64,000 bases of DNA from the human T2T-CHM13v2.0 reference genome, Homo sapiens (GCF_009914755.1 NC_060939.1), one strand, 5' to 3'; positions 43,320 through 57,376 are shown, counted from the first letter of the stretch. Translations and numbers: made by a program. Notes: generated by a model from the sequence alone, not told the origin.

Positions 43320-43950
43320 TGTTGGGGAAATATAACTAAAAACAAAAACTCCTTATCTAGAAATCATCTCTACAAAGGTAATAGGAAAAGAAAACATTTT
43401 TAATATTGAAAACATTGAAACATAATGTAATGGGTATCACAGGCAATCCACTAAGACATTGCTCACCCTTATATACAGCCAAGCAGACAGGACCCATTGT
43501 ATGCATGTTTTCAAGATGAACAATAACTCAAGTAAGAGGACTTGATAGCGCTGTATGTCACACATAGGTTACCATAATTGTACCTGTTATTTGGGTACAA
43601 TTAACTGTGCTAGTTAATTTGCTTTATCCAGAGGAAATTCAAACTTCTTATATCTTTAGGACAGGAAATAGTTTTGCAACTTGGAGCAAGGTGCCCATCT
43701 AAGTCAGACTTAAGCCTACCCCAAAGACTGGGAGATGTAGGTACTATCCTCCTTGATGTTTACATTTCAAAGAAATGGCTACCAGGGACTTGAGAAAGAT
43801 ATTTCTAGATTACATAGCTGACAAAATGCCAATTTAGTCTTCAAAAGAATTTATATACCTTTCAAAGAGAGGAGAAAGAACTTGCAATAATAAGTTTTCT
43901 AAAGTAAATGCTCAAAGTAAACGGAGAGAAAGAGGTATTTTTTCTTATTT
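43320..43950 (-). mobile_element. ERV1 LTR, MER67-like
   Basis: tgttgggg...tctctacaaaggtaataggaaaagaaaacattttt...tcacaggcaatccactaaga; name from memory. Confidence 0.55.
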
Positions 43951-44353
43951 TCAATATGAGTAAGAGTCTGATTTTAAATGTGCATTTGTCTTTACAGTAT
44001 TTACTGTCTAGTTACTTCATGCAAATATTTATGGTAATTGAGTGGGGAGGTGAAGAGAGAGAGGAAGCACTACTGTCATCTCACTCATATGTTGTTGCTT
44101 TTTATGATTTGCTTTGTTCTCATGTTTCTGAATGTTAAATTTGGCATTTCTTGGCCTATTCATGAGCTAAAGTAACTACTGCTGTGTAGGGGAAAAAGGA
44201 TCCTTTAGGTTTGTTCTTCAAGATTATGGCCTCTGAGAGTTCTGGGAACAACTTACTTGACCTCTTAATTGCTCTCCGTTCCCCTAAATGGTAGAAAATC
44301 ACACAGTTATAGGTGCATAAATACTAAGTTAATAAATAAAGAGGTTAACTCTC

Positions 44354-45269
44354 TGTTGATGGAGAAAAGAAAAAAAACTCTGTAAAATATTTGAACAGAT
44401 TTATTCTGAACCAATACAAGCAACTGTGGCCCAAGGAACAGTCTCAAGAGGTCCTGAGAAAGGGTGCCTGAGGTGGTTGATGATTGAGTTACAGTTTGGT
44501 TTTATACATTTTATGGAGAGCAATATTATAAGCAAATATTTAAATCAATACATTGGTTCAGACCAAAAAGGTGGGACATCTTGAATTGGAGGTAGGGTGG
44601 GAGAAGTAGGGTAGGCTTACAGGTCATAAGTGGGTTCAAAGACTTTCTAATTGGCAATTAGTTCAAAGAGTTAAGCTTTGTCTAAAGGCTTGAAGTCAAT
44701 AGAAAGAAATTCTTGAGTTAAGATAAGGAGGTTGAAGAAGACAAGGTTCTTGTTTCGTTATGTAGATGAAGCTTCTAGGTAGCAGCCGTCAAAGAGAAAA
44801 AAATCATAAATATTTCTTTTCAGACCTTTAAAGGCATCAGACTCTTAGTCTCTCCTAGATGGAGAAAGTCCTGGCTGCATTAATGGAGATTCTTTACAGA
44901 AGTAAACTTCCTCCGGAAAGGACAGCTTTGCAGGGCCATTTCAAAATACGTTAAAGAAATATATTTTGGGATAAAACATTTTGATTTCTTTCAGGGTCTG
45001 CTATCTGTCATGTGATGCTATACCAGAGTCAATTTGGAATTTGGTATCTTATTGCCACAAAGCGTCTATTTTGTCAGTTTTATGATCTCCATTTTAACGT
45101 TAATACTGGTGGTCAGTTATGACTGAAGTCCAAAAGGGAAGCGGTATAATGAGGCATGTCCAATGTCCCTTCCTGTCATGGCTAGAAATTCAGTTTTTCA
45201 GGTTCCTGTGGCCCAGAGGGGCTCATTCATTCGGTTAGGGGGGTGCATAGGATTCTATTTTTGTTTGAA
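44354..45269 (-). mobile_element. MER4D/E-like solo LTR
   Basis: ctctgtaaaatatttgaacagatttattctga...gtctcaagaggtcctgagaa, the MER4-family LTR end. Confidence 0.75.
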
Positions 45270-45419
45270 TGTCCCTTTAATCATCACCCAAACTATGTCT
45301 TTTTTCCCTTTTTTTTCTCACGTTGAAAAATTATTCTTTGTTACAATCTCCTACTTAAAAGATTTTTGTTGTTGTTACAAATGGCACATTCCAGGTACAG
45401 TCCAATAGAAAGTAGGGTT

Positions 45420-46230
45420 AAGATCATACCTTTAATGAATGTGTCTGGAAAAGCTTTCATCTCTTGCTTCTTGTGACGCTATACTCTCCTGGTTTTTCTC
45501 CTACTTCCCTCACCACCACTTCTCCGTTTCCTTTCAGGTTCCACCTTTTCTACTTGACCTCAAAATGATGGATTGCTTCTGGGCGGAGTCAAGAGTTGTC
45601 TGTTTATTTATTGTCATTCCATAGGTGGTTTCTCTTAGTCCTGTGGATTTAAGTACCGTGTGATATTGATGAATCTAAATTTCTACACCTCTGATCTCTT
45701 CTATTAGTTTCAAACTTGTATATACAATAGCCTACTTGAAACCTCAATTAAATGTCTGATAAGCAACTCACATTTAATATGTAGAAATAGGACTCTTGTT
45801 ATCTCTCAATCTGCCCTTCCCCCAGGCTTCTTAATAGAATGAATGACACCATTACATTCAATTGCTGAATCAAAACACAAAACAAAATATAATAAAACAG
45901 AAACAAAAATCTAGGAGTCATTGACTTACATGGTCCATAACAAACCCATCAGTAAATTCTGTTGTTTCTACCTCTAAAACATATGCTATATCCTCTCCCT
46001 TTTTTCATCTCTGTAGCCACCACCCCAGTCCAAAACACCATCCTTTCTTATAAAGACTACAGTTTCCTTTCAACCAGCCTGTCTGCTTTCACTCTTTAAC
46101 CTCTTCCCCTGTTCTTTCCCCATATATCAGTCATCATGATTTTTTAAAAAATATGAATTGCATTAATTCAGTAATCTCATGATAAAACTTTAAAGACTTT
46201 CCATTGACTTAGAATAATATTAAAAATCTT
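45420..46230 (+). mobile_element. L2 fragment
   Basis: ctctcctggtttttctcctacttc...gcaactcacatttaatatgt...aatctaggagtcattgac. Confidence 0.75.
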
Positions 46231-46963
46231 TACTGGCATGTTCTTAACACATTTTGTTCAAATGACCTAGAAATTTAAAATGGACAACTAAGAGTAAATA
46301 TTGGAGAAAAATTCCTGGCATTAAAAAAATAATATTTTAAAATAAAAAGGTCATATTTCTTCTAAAGATATCCAATTAATTGTTAAAGATAATAAGCAAA
46401 ATATTTTGTAATATTGTCTCTTAGTGAGATGGATGGGACTTTTTTTTATTAGACCATATTTCTAGAGATTAACTTTTTTTATAGCTAGAATAAGATGGAG
46501 TTCAGAGTTCAGCATTAGTTTCATCCCTAATGTGTGCTTTAGGATTATTTTTTGCATAGGCAAATGTCAATTATATAGGTTGTCCAAATATGCCTTAAGA
46601 AGCTTAATAATTCATCTTAAGAGATGAATTCTTAAGAATTCTTGTATGTGGTTACCTATGTAATTTTATTTCATAGTCAAAAACTATTAAATCTGTAATT
46701 ATGCATTTGACAAACCAAGCACATTCTTATCAACATCTGAGAGAGTGGAATTCAACCTAATTAAACAAAACTTTACTTCTATATTTCAGAGCATAACTTT
46801 CTGGATTGTAATTTGGGAACATTTTGTTCTACACCTGTACTTCAATGGATATTAGAGAGGACTTTAATCAACTTTGTAGAAATTAACAGCAGCAATAAGA
46901 GAATGAATTAAGTATGAGCTTATGAATAATACACTATTTACAGAAGAATCTGTAACATTTGAT

Positions 46964-47960
46964 TGTAAACCAAAAATAAAATTCTAAGTCCCCCAACCAT
47001 CTAAATGGACCCTTCTTCTCAGCCAAGGGCATTCCAAAGTTAACCTGGAAAACTAGTTCAGGCTGTGACAGGAAGGAGTTGAACATACCTCATTACACTC
47101 TCCTCCCTTTTGGAATTCGGGCCCACTTGACCAGCATTAATATCAACACAGACCTTAAGACTGATAGACTGTCTGAGTCTGGCAAGAAACATTTACAGTC
47201 TATTCTCTGAAGCCTGCTACCTGGAGGCTTCATCTGCAATAAAACCTTGGTCCACACAGCACATTATCTTAACCCTGACATTTCTTTCTGTTGATTTTAA
47301 ATCTTTAGACAATACTTAACTCTTTTAACCAATTGTCAATCAGAAAATATTTGAATCTACCTCTGACCTGGAAGCCACCCCACCACCACCTTTCCGGACC
47401 AAACCAATGTACCTCCTACATGTATTGATTGAAGTCTTATGTTTTCCTAAAATGTATAAAGCCAAGGTGTAGCCTGACCACCTTGCGTCCATGTTCTCAG
47501 GATCGCCTGAGGGCTGTGTCATGGGCCATTGGTCACTCATATTTGGCTCAGAGTAAATCTCTTCAAATATTTTACAGACTGTACTAGTTAGTTTTCATAC
47601 TGCTATGAAGACATACCTGAGACTGGGTAGTTTATAAAGGAAAGAGGTTTAATTGACTCACCATTCCACATGTCTTGGTTAGCCTCAGCAAACTTACAAT
47701 CTTGGTGGAAAGCATCTCTTCACAGGACAGCAGGGAAGAGAATGAGTCCCAACTGAAGGAGGAAGGCCCTTATAAAACCATCAGATCTCGTGAGAACTTA
47801 CTATCATGAGAATAGCATGGGGGAACTGCCCCCATGATACAATGATCTCCCACTGGGTTCCTTTCACCACATGTAGGGATTATGGGAACTACAACTGAAG
47901 ATGAGATTTGGGTGGGGACACAGCCAAACCATATCACAGAGCTTGACTCTTTTCATCTAT
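46964..47960 (+). mobile_element. MER4B-like solo LTR interrupted by a THE1 LTR
   Basis: tgtaaaccaaaaataaaattctaag...aaatctcttcaaatattttacaga|...ttgactcttttc. Confidence 0.8.
47580..47936 (-). mobile_element. THE1D-like solo LTR
   Basis: tgtactagt...aaaccatatca; TSD cagac/cagag. Confidence 0.88.
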
Positions 47961-48375
47961 AGATTATTACATTTAAATCTGTTAATTGAAATCTAATAAA
48001 TGAATCATGGGAATAAATAAAAGAGTAGGTAAGTGACTGAATGACAAACAGGAAAATTTCACCTAGTAAAATAAACAAGTATGATTTTATAGTATCCAAT
48101 CATCTTTTAGCAACAATAAATGAGATGTATCTTTTCCAATGCTGAATAAATATTTAAGAAAAAGAAAACCCCTCCATCTTATCTTAAATATATGTGTACC
48201 TTCTTTTTTATATAATATTGACATGAAGAAAATAAACTTAGAAAATTATTTGACTCCTTACTTAAAAAGATCATGCAAAACATGCAATTGAGACACAGGC
48301 TAACTCATGGACAGAAGTAGTGTGTAATATCTCTTGGCTGTTTTGCCAGAACTCACCCCAAAAATGGCTTTCCTT

Positions 48376-48824
48376 TGTGAACCCTGAATATCTGAGACAG
48401 GTCTCAGTTAATTTAGAAAGTTTATTTTGCCAACGTTGAGGATGTGCACCCATGACACAGCCTCAGGAGGTCCTAATGACATGTGTCCAAGGTGGTTGGG
48501 GCACAGCTTGGTTTTATACACTTTAAGGAGACATGAGACATCAATCAATATATGTAAGATGTACATTGGTTCTGTCCAGAAAGGTGGGACAACTCAAAGC
48601 AGGGAGGCAGCTTCCAGGTCACAGGTAGGTGAGAGAAAAATAGCTTCATTCTTTTAAGTATCTGATTAGGCTTTCCAAAGGAAGCAATCAGATATGCATC
48701 TATCTTAGTGAGCAGAGGGATGACTTTGAATAGAATGGCAGGCAGGTTTGCCCTAAGCAGTTCCCAGCTTGACTATTCCCTTTAGCTTAGTGATTTGGGG
48801 GCCCCAAGATTTATTTTCCCATCA
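48376..48824 (-). mobile_element. MER4A1-like 3' LTR
   Basis: tgtgaaccctgaatatctgagacaggtctcagttaatttagaaag; followed by the reverse-complement polypurine tract (PPT) atttccccccttttcttt. Confidence 0.85.
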
Positions 48825-51627
48825 AATTTCCCCCCTTTTCTTTTAAAAATATTTGGAGGAAGCATTTTAGAAGACAGTGAGTCTCTGGTCTGGTCTCTCA
48901 TGGCTAGGACAGTTTATTCCTAGATGGGTAGGTTTTAGGTTATTAGGAAAGCTCATTTTTAGCAGCTTGTGAAGTCTCATGTCCTGTGAAGAGAAAACAG
49001 AGGGAGGAAGGGAGAAAAACAACAACAACAAAAAGAACAATCCTAGAAAATTAATATAGCCACATTGCTCTGAAGTCCATATATCAATAGGCAGGTATGA
49101 AAGCGGCTTATGTATATAAATAAGTTGTTATTTTCTTCTGAAGTTTAAGTTGTCTAGCTTCAGTTTGCTAGGATTTAAGAAAGCATGGCTTAGTTTCCAG
49201 TGATTTCAAACTAGGAAAAATGGGGAAAAAAGGTAAAGAAAGAAAAAAAAATTGAAAGCATTATTTTGGAGACTTATAGCCAGGAAAAATTAGAATTCAG
49301 TCCAAAGTGTAGAAAATAATAAAATTTGAAAAACATTAGGCAAAACTAGAATGTAACAACAAGTATGCTGTAGTTTTTGAAACATATTTTTTTCTCTCTC
49401 CAGTTTCCCATTTTTACTAAAGACAAATCATGGTAGGACCAATTTGCTTTATTATACTAGGCCAGATTATTTGTATAAAGTGCAGCAGGAATAATTATTT
49501 TTTCCACATAGGCTTTTTAAATTGGCTTTGATGAAACTTTGTTCCATAGAGGGAATCTCAGATAAGACTACTGTAAAACCAAGCCCAGCCATGGATTTGT
49601 ACCATCAAATATCTACGAGTTGGGTGAATTCCACTCCTCTTGTGGTCCCCAAAAAACCTGGGGCTCCTGGGCCTGTCAGAAAATGACATTCTTTACTTAC
49701 CACAGGACAGGAACTGGGACAGGAACTGCGTAGACAAGGTATGAAGCCAGTTTTCCTAAGGGGCTTTTATTGGCAACTCTATAGGTCAAGTTTAATTTCT
49801 TAAAGGAAATCACACCATTCCAGTCAAAGCCTTGGTAAAATAAGCAGTTTCTCCAATTGTGTTCTGTTACAAATGAAAACTGATTCTTATTGCACTTATG
49901 CAAATAACTATTGCCATAGTTAAGAATACTCACAAATAGTTTCTGAATTCTGGAGAAATAAGGTAGAGAGAAACAAATATGCTCCACATTTTGTTCAGGA
50001 GCATACTTAATTGTTAAAAGCTGTCAATAGCTCAAAATAAAAGTTTTCTTGACTCTGAAAAACAAAACAAAGGATCAGCAATGTTTTAAGCAAGAAGTCT
50101 AAAAATCACTTCTGTCTTCTATTAGTTCAGCCCATGCAGCTAATTCCTTGATACTCATGAACATTTCAGCTCTCCATGAGTCCTGAAAATTTTTCCTCTA
50201 TTCTGATATCACAGTCTCCAAACTTGTCAGAAACCTGCATTCAATAGCACCTGTTAGAGTTTTATAGCTGATTATAAAACCACCTTCTAAAGTGGACCAA
50301 AACAAAACAACTGTCTGTAGATGACAAGATGTTTTAGGGCAGCCGTTGTCAAAGACACAATTGACAAGGAAATTGTTACGTCTGTGGCACACAATAATTT
50401 AACATAACAATTATGATTAGTATGGATAATGTACACTAAGTCATATCAGAATTACAGGAGTTATTCATAATTTTGGAACACATACCAATAACATATTTAT
50501 ACGACTACAGCCGAAAGAAAACCAAACACCATTTCATATTTGACAATGCTTCCTGTACACTTTTTATACTAAATAAGCCAAATATCTCATTTTTGGACTT
50601 TAGGGAAGCTAATATCTTAAAGGATTAATTAGGTCAGAAAAAGACATAATTTATAATTTGATTTTGGAAAGTTTGTCAAATATCAAAGGTTAAAATACTT
50701 GATATCACAACATAGGATCACAGGTCATTGTCAGATAAGTCATTCATTTAACTGGAGTGATAGCTCAAGGATTTTTTTTAAAAATAGTGAAAACCTTCAT
50801 TCTTTGAGAGAGGAGACTTAATTTTCCAAATACTAAGCCCTAATACAACAGGATGAAGCCAATTAAATTTGTTTTTCTAAACAATCTATAAAATTTTAAT
50901 TTTGACCATAAGATATAGCTTCCGTAAGACTTTTATAACCATTATTAAGGAGTCAGTTAATGCTTCAAGAAAACCTTGTTAACCTGACACAGGGGCCCAT
51001 ATGCTGGTCTTGTATCAGTGTGTGCTTGACATTGATGGTTAATTTATAGAGAAAATGTAATTATTTTCTCTCTCAAAATTGGCCCTTACAATCTCACACA
51101 CCCACCTCTTCTGCAATAGTCCCTGAGCCTCGAGGAGTTGAATAGCTTTAATTTCTGGTCCTGTGTGTCAAGAACACAGTTTATTTTGATTGGCATCTTC
51201 TACTGAGCCTGAAGATGAGGCTTTCATTGCTGTCAGTGTTTAAGACTTACCAGGACTTGATGTCCTTTTTAGACCTAGGAATCAAAGCCCTGTAACTCAG
51301 TGTCACAAGGACTTTAAAAGCACATACAGAAAGATACGCAGGTGTAATAACCTTAATTAAAAATAATTTTAATCTCAAAGTTTTTTCTAAACAAACCAAA
51401 ACTTAATAATAATGGCATAGGAATTACTCAATAAAAGATAAAATCTGTTAGGTCAGTTACCAGAAGGCAAAAGAAAAGACCTGCAGTGCACAGAAAATTA
51501 TGTTGGAAGAAAACATTTCCTTTATACCTTTAAGAAAACATTGTTAGCATCAGGCAACAACAAACAGAACCTGAGGGGGAAAAAACCTTAAATGAGCTGA
51601 AAATGAGTTGAAGGAGAGTGTTACTAT
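48825..51627 (-). mobile_element. MER4-internal (ERV1) region, no 5' LTR visible
   Basis: Contiguous with the PPT and LTR; typical AT-rich MER4-internal motifs (cctgggcctgtcagaaaatgacattctttacttaccacagg). Confidence 0.75.
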
Positions 51628-52339
51628 CTAAAGTGGGTCTTTGGTAAAATGAGGCTCACAGTCACTGATTCTTAGAGTATACTTCAGATACAGATTTTAA
51701 TACATACCTTTCTCTTCAGATTTTTTTCTAAAAAGACTTAGAGTTATAGAGTTTCAATGGATACCATGGCATTTTGTTTAATTTTTTCTACTTACAGGGT
51801 CAGTATCACTTTCAGAAAATTATAGCATTAAAAATGTATAATTTTAAATAGTATGTTTTTTCCAGAAAAGTTTTTTAAAATTTAAATATAATTGAGTAAT
51901 AATTTTTAAAAAGATAAGATGGTTTCATCATTAATTTTTTTTTTCAAATCAGATACTTTATGCACCTGTGGTTTTCTTTTTTTAGCTTAATTCTTTTAAA
52001 AATTACAATTCAGATTGCAGATACGGTCACAGCAGGCTACCTTTTTAAGGTACGGGTCATTGTATGAGAACATATGTACTTGTTTGTTCTCAAAAAACAG
52101 ATTCAGCAAGAAATAGGGTATGGTATTTATTCATGCAAGATAGAGTTTTGTAAAATACATGGTAACTTTAGGATATATTTTGTATATTATTTCGAACTTG
52201 GTATATGAGCCCATTAATACTATTTTATTTTTCTACATGACAAACAAGAAATATGGATAATCCTAGAATTTTTTTTTTATTGTAAAAGTAAAACATATCA
52301 AAGATGGGGAAGTTGAAGGAATAAAATACCATACCATTG

Positions 52340-52580
52340 GCAGTGCAATGGTTTGGAGCACAGACTTTAGGATCTAATTGACTAGATTCAAATTTCACCT
52401 GTGCCATTTACTAAAAGCATGTACTTGGCAATGCTATTTTACCTGTCTGGGCCTTAGTTCCTTTATTTGCAATGTGGAGATCATGTTAATAGTAACCATA
52501 CCATAAGGTTGTTGTGAGATGAAATGAGAATTCAGGTAATCCATCTGGCTGTATTCACTAAGTATTCACTAAGCATTGCT
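52340..52580 (+). mobile_element. MIR
   Basis: ggtttggagcacagacttt...gattcaaatttc...ccataaggttgttgtgagatgaaatgag. Confidence 0.75.
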
Positions 52581-53214
52581 AGCATCATTTAAGACTACCA
52601 GCTGATGATTTCCTAGTGTGCTTTTCCTCATGTATTTTTTCACATTTGTTATAAAAATATATGTATGTACATAGATAGCAACTTGATTTTCTTTCTTTTA
52701 AAATTAACATGTAATAATGCTTATTCTTTATAACTACAACGTTGCTAAACACTCTTTGTAGTCACACACAAAAAAAATGCAGACAACACACTGGCTCAAA
52801 AATCTTGTCCTGGTCATAGTAACCATTTAAAGTGCTTTTCCTAGAGCATCTGAGAACACTGATCCAAGTAACTGAGAGCAACCCTTTTCATCTGTGAGAA
52901 GGCACAATGTTACAGAAAATTAGATGCTTGTCCCAAGGGAAATTAGATATTCATTTTCACAATGTGTCTTCTGAGGGCACTTATAATGGGTTCCTCATGC
53001 TGGCTGCCTCAGTGATAGCTATGTGACTTAAGCCAGTGTCTCTTAGGGAAACTCCCGTTTTCCCTCGTCATCAGTTGCTATCTTGTTTCACCCAGAATGG
53101 AATTCCCAGAAGACTGCTGAACAAGAAGAAAGCTCTAACATTTTGTGGATTAGAAATATCAGAAGGCTGCTATATTCTGTAGGAGGGAAGAATAATTCAG
53201 AAAATGTCAATTCT

Positions 53215-53469
53215 GGCTGGGCACGGTGGCTCACACCTGTAATCCTAGCACTTTGGGAGGCCGAGGTGGGCAGATCACTTGAGGTCAGGAGTTCGAGACC
53301 AGCCTGACCAACATGGTGAAACACTGAATCTGCTAAAAATACAAAAATTAGCCAGAAGTCGCTTGAACCCAGGAGGTGGAGGTTGTAGTGAGCTGAGATT
53401 GTGTCACTGCACTCCAGCCTGGGCAACAGAGCAAGACTCCATCTCAAGAAAAAAAAAAAAAAGAAAGAA
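53215..53469 (+). mobile_element. AluS with a ~50-bp deletion at the start of the right arm
   Basis: TSD agaaaatgtcaattct (53199-53214 / 53470-53485). Confidence 0.93.
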
Positions 53470-53769
53470 AGAAAATGTCAATTCTGTAATCTGGGTGAGT
53501 GCATTCTCCTTTTTCTCCTGTGGGACAGAAAGGGAATTTCTCCATTTTGTTTAACATCTGACATAATGTGATCATGAAACATGTAATGAATGCCTGCTGT
53601 GGGTCAGGAACTTTTCTAGGTCCTGGGGCTTGAACTCTGTTCTTCAGAAACTCCGATGTGTCGTATGTATCCAGACTCATCCTATGATTCAAGTTTTTTC
53701 ATGATTTGACCTTACCCATTCAGCCAAACTTACCTCCTACATAATGCTCCACTGTGACCAACTCACCTG

Positions 53770-54380
53770 ACTTCATTTATTCATGTCACAGATCCTAGTG
53801 AGTGCTTACCACAAGTTGGGTATGTTGTAGGAACTGCAGATATGGAGGCAATCTAAATGAAGTCCCTGCTTTCATAATTTTTAAAACCAGTATGAGATTC
53901 AGACTATAAACAAACATGATAACAGTAAATGTCATTATGCAGAAAAAATAAGAATGGAAGGAGAGAAAGCAACTTAGATGGATATATGTGCTACTTTGGA
54001 TAGGGTGGCCAAGGAAGTGCTCTTGGATGAGGGGGTCATTTAAATAGATGCTTGAATAATTAAGCGGGGTAGTTGTGTGACTATTTAGGGAAAGGGCATT
54101 CCAGGCAGAGGGTAGAGTAAGTCAAAGTTCTTGAAATGGAAACATGCATGAGGTATTTGAGGAATAGCAAGCTGATCAAAGTGGATCAGGTGGAATAAAC
54201 TAGGGGAGACAGTAGTAGGAAATGTAATTAAAAAAATAGCCAGGGGCCAGATCATACAAGACCAGGGGCATGGTAAGGTCAGCCTTTGAGGTTCCTTTCA
54301 AGTATTACGGGAAGCCCTTGGGCGTCTGGGTTGGAAGCGTATTGAGAATAGAAGGTGGCAGATCAGTGTGAAAGCAGGAG
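53770..54380 (-). mobile_element. L2 fragment
   Basis: ttcatttattcat...gagtgcttacc; gggaaagggcattccaggcagaggg; tttgaggaatagcaag. Confidence 0.75.
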
Positions 54381-56475
54381 GCATTGTTGGCTACTGCAGC
54401 TGACTGGTTTGGAAGACCCCTAACTATTATGCTCCTCCCATTTCTGCTTCTTCCCTTTGCTCTGACCCCTTCTGTGGGTGTTATCCCACTCTTCTCTCCA
54501 CTTACTCAATTATTTGTGATACACCTCATGTCATTGACTGATTTCATTCACTTCCAGTATATTTTATACTGGAAAAGATATTTCAGGGAAATCCTCTTCA
54601 CATCTTTCAAATAGTTTAACATTTGTGGATTCTGACAATTAAATCTCTGAATTTAAGAATGATTTTCTTTTATTTTCATCTTTAAATAGATTGGCAGAAT
54701 TTTTAATGATGAGGATTTGAAAAGAAATACTAAAACTTGATTTAAAATGAATCTAAACCATTCAAGCTTAACCTAAATATCTCATTTTCTTATTCCACAT
54801 TTATGATGCTTAAAATATTTTTTTACTTTATTTTTTACGATTCTGTCTACTAAAGTAACATTTTTCTTACCTAGATAATTCTGTTTACAAATAGAATGCA
54901 GAAGAGAACCCAGAAGAATATGCCTCTGGGTTGCCAGAAAGGACGCCCAAACTCCATGCTCTCACGTCTACATATTTTCCTCTTATAACCTCATTTCCAC
55001 AAATAACAGAAGAGTTACATGCTAAATGTCCATGGTGCACTGTGTCAGGAAGCTTCCTTCCTTGCTTGTTCATAGGGATCTCACTTATTATCACACCGGG
55101 TGCGAAGAGGAACTTGTTTCTCCCCAGCTGTTGGAATGGTCCACGCAGCACACTGAGCACCATGCAGGGTGGAGTCAGTTCCATCTTGTCTAAACCACTC
55201 AATAAGCAGGAAATACTGGGGACACCTGCAGGAACAGCCTGAGGCATTCTGACTGGAAGGAGCAAAGATATATCTGACTTTTTTTTTTTAAGTTGAGAAA
55301 TGAAGGGTCATGGGAAAACTGTCATTGACAAATTAGAAAGCATTTCTAAACATTCTGTTATTTTATCCCCACTTCTACTTATCTGCACTGTTCATCTTCC
55401 TCTTTGTCTATTTGTTTTCCATCTCCCTACCTGGGAGAAAGAAGGGTGGGTTTTGTGTATCATCCTCTCTAATTGATTGGGTTTTTTTTTTTTTTTTTTT
55501 GAGAACTAGAGAGAGATTTCTGGAAATAATGAAAAAATAGAGCAGAATCCATAGAAACATCTCAGGAATGCCTGTGAAAGCACTATTCTTGATAATGGCT
55601 TCTGCATAATGCATCTGTATACGTTTAGCATCTATTTTGTATGTTGTAGAGTTGGCACCTGAATTAATCAAAATTAATGAGCTGGTCCTGCAAATAATGA
55701 GCCGTGTCTCAATGACTGTGGTGTTCTCAATGAATGCCTGTTGAATTTAATTCAATTTCAATAATAATCTGCCTCATTAAATGAATGACACAAGTCCTGA
55801 GAAAGGCAACTGTATATCTGGCTAGTAATTAGGATAGCTGTGAGCAGATAGATAGGCCCTTGTGGACTCCTTAGACAATAAAATGGGCATTTTATTCAGG
55901 TTTTCATCAGGGGAGAGTGTGCTAGAACTGCTGTGACATGGCCTTGGACTCTAATAGATCTGGCTGGAAACCTGATATTACTAGTTATCAGTGACATGAA
56001 GTATAATTTCACTCAATTTTCTTATTTATAAAATGGTAGTACTGACTGATACTCCCCTTAGACTTTGACAAGAGACCCTGCATTGGACCCTTCCCTGGTG
56101 CTTTTCTGGCTGTGTCCCTACAGATGATGTGAAGAGTTAGCAAGGTAAAGGAGATGTGCTACCCAGAGGCTACAGTGCCCCTCGCTCTGACCCATAGACT
56201 GACTCCAAGTATGTGGGACTCAGAATTTCATGTTTGAAGGACTTGGAGCCTGGTTTTGGAGCCTGCAAGAAGCGGCCAAGGACTCCATTTGAGAGGTAAG
56301 AGGAGTGTAGATGAAGCTTGTATGTTCTGTCCACAAATGTGGGTGTCCACAAACATGCATTTTAGAGAACAGGGAGGAGAAGAGAATAGGAGTGCTTCTG
56401 AGATGGGGCAGCTTTCCTAGGCAGCTGTGTTCCCATGGAAAATTCCAAGTCAGGGTATCTGAAATTTGAACCTGG

Positions 56476-56939
56476 TGTAGCAGGACGAGCCGCAGACAAG
56501 AATCCCTCAGACACCGAGTCGTGGAAGGAAAGGGCTTTATTCAGCTGGGAGCATCGGTGGACTCACGTCTCCAAAAACCGAGCTCCCTGAGTGAGCAATG
56601 CCTGTCCCCTTTAAGGGCTTATAACTCTAAGGGGGTCCGCGTGACAGGGTCGTGATCGATTGAGCAAGCAGTGGCTACGTGACGGGGGAGCTGCATGCAC
56701 CAGTAATCAGAACGGGACAGAACAGGACAGGAATTTTCACAGTGCTTTTCCATACAATGTCTGGAATCTATAGATAACATAACCAGTTAAGTCAGGAGTC
56801 AATCTTTAACTACCAGCCTGGGAATGCAGCGCCGGGCTGTCTGACTACTGATTTCACTTCTGTCTTTTCTTTAACTCCTACTTTTTCTTTGAGGCAGAAA
56901 TTGGTCATAAGACACTATGAGGGGTGGTCTCCTCCCTTA
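56476..56939 (-). mobile_element. LTR2B/2C-like (HERV-E/Harlequin group) solo LTR
   Basis: Minus strand reads taagggaggagaccacccc...tcctgctaca; 4-bp TSD ctgg; many CpGs retained. Confidence 0.85.
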
Positions 56940-57034
56940 CTGGAATTCCAGGTAGTTAAGAGGCCTATTTTTCAAGGTAGGAGTATAGAATATATTTTAT
57001 TTAGCAGCTTGTCGCTTGATTTTTAAACTATTTT

Positions 57035-57350
57035 TAAAGATTTTAAAAATTTATGATAATTGTAGATTCACATGCAATTGTAAGAAATAATGCAAAAAGA
57101 TCATTTGTACACGTTGTCTATTTTCCCCCATTGGTAACATTTTGCAAAACTACAGCATAATATCACAATGAAGATACAGACATCTATACAATCCAAAGAT
57201 CTTATTTTGATTCCCTCATTGTACTTGTATTCATTGGTATGAATTGGAGTGTATTAAGCTCTACACATTTTATCACCTATGTAGTTTCCTGTATTTGCCT
57301 CCATGGTCCAGACACTACACAGTTTTAACACCACAAGCTTTCCTTGTGGG
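57035..57350 (-). mobile_element. L1MC/MD-like 3' end
   Basis: gataattgtagattcacatgcaattgtaagaaataat. Confidence 0.75.
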
Positions 57351-57376
57351 CTTATTTTAAATAAATAGATATATAG

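Noticed and set aside
46608-46642. Overlapping short palindromes (aattcatct-taag-agatgaatt; gaattcttaagaattc)
   Set aside because: Short and AT-rich, compatible with chance or local slippage.
56060-57030. Possible ancient DNA-transposon host around the LTR2-like insertion
   Set aside because: It looks repeat-like, but I could not assign a family or boundaries with confidence.
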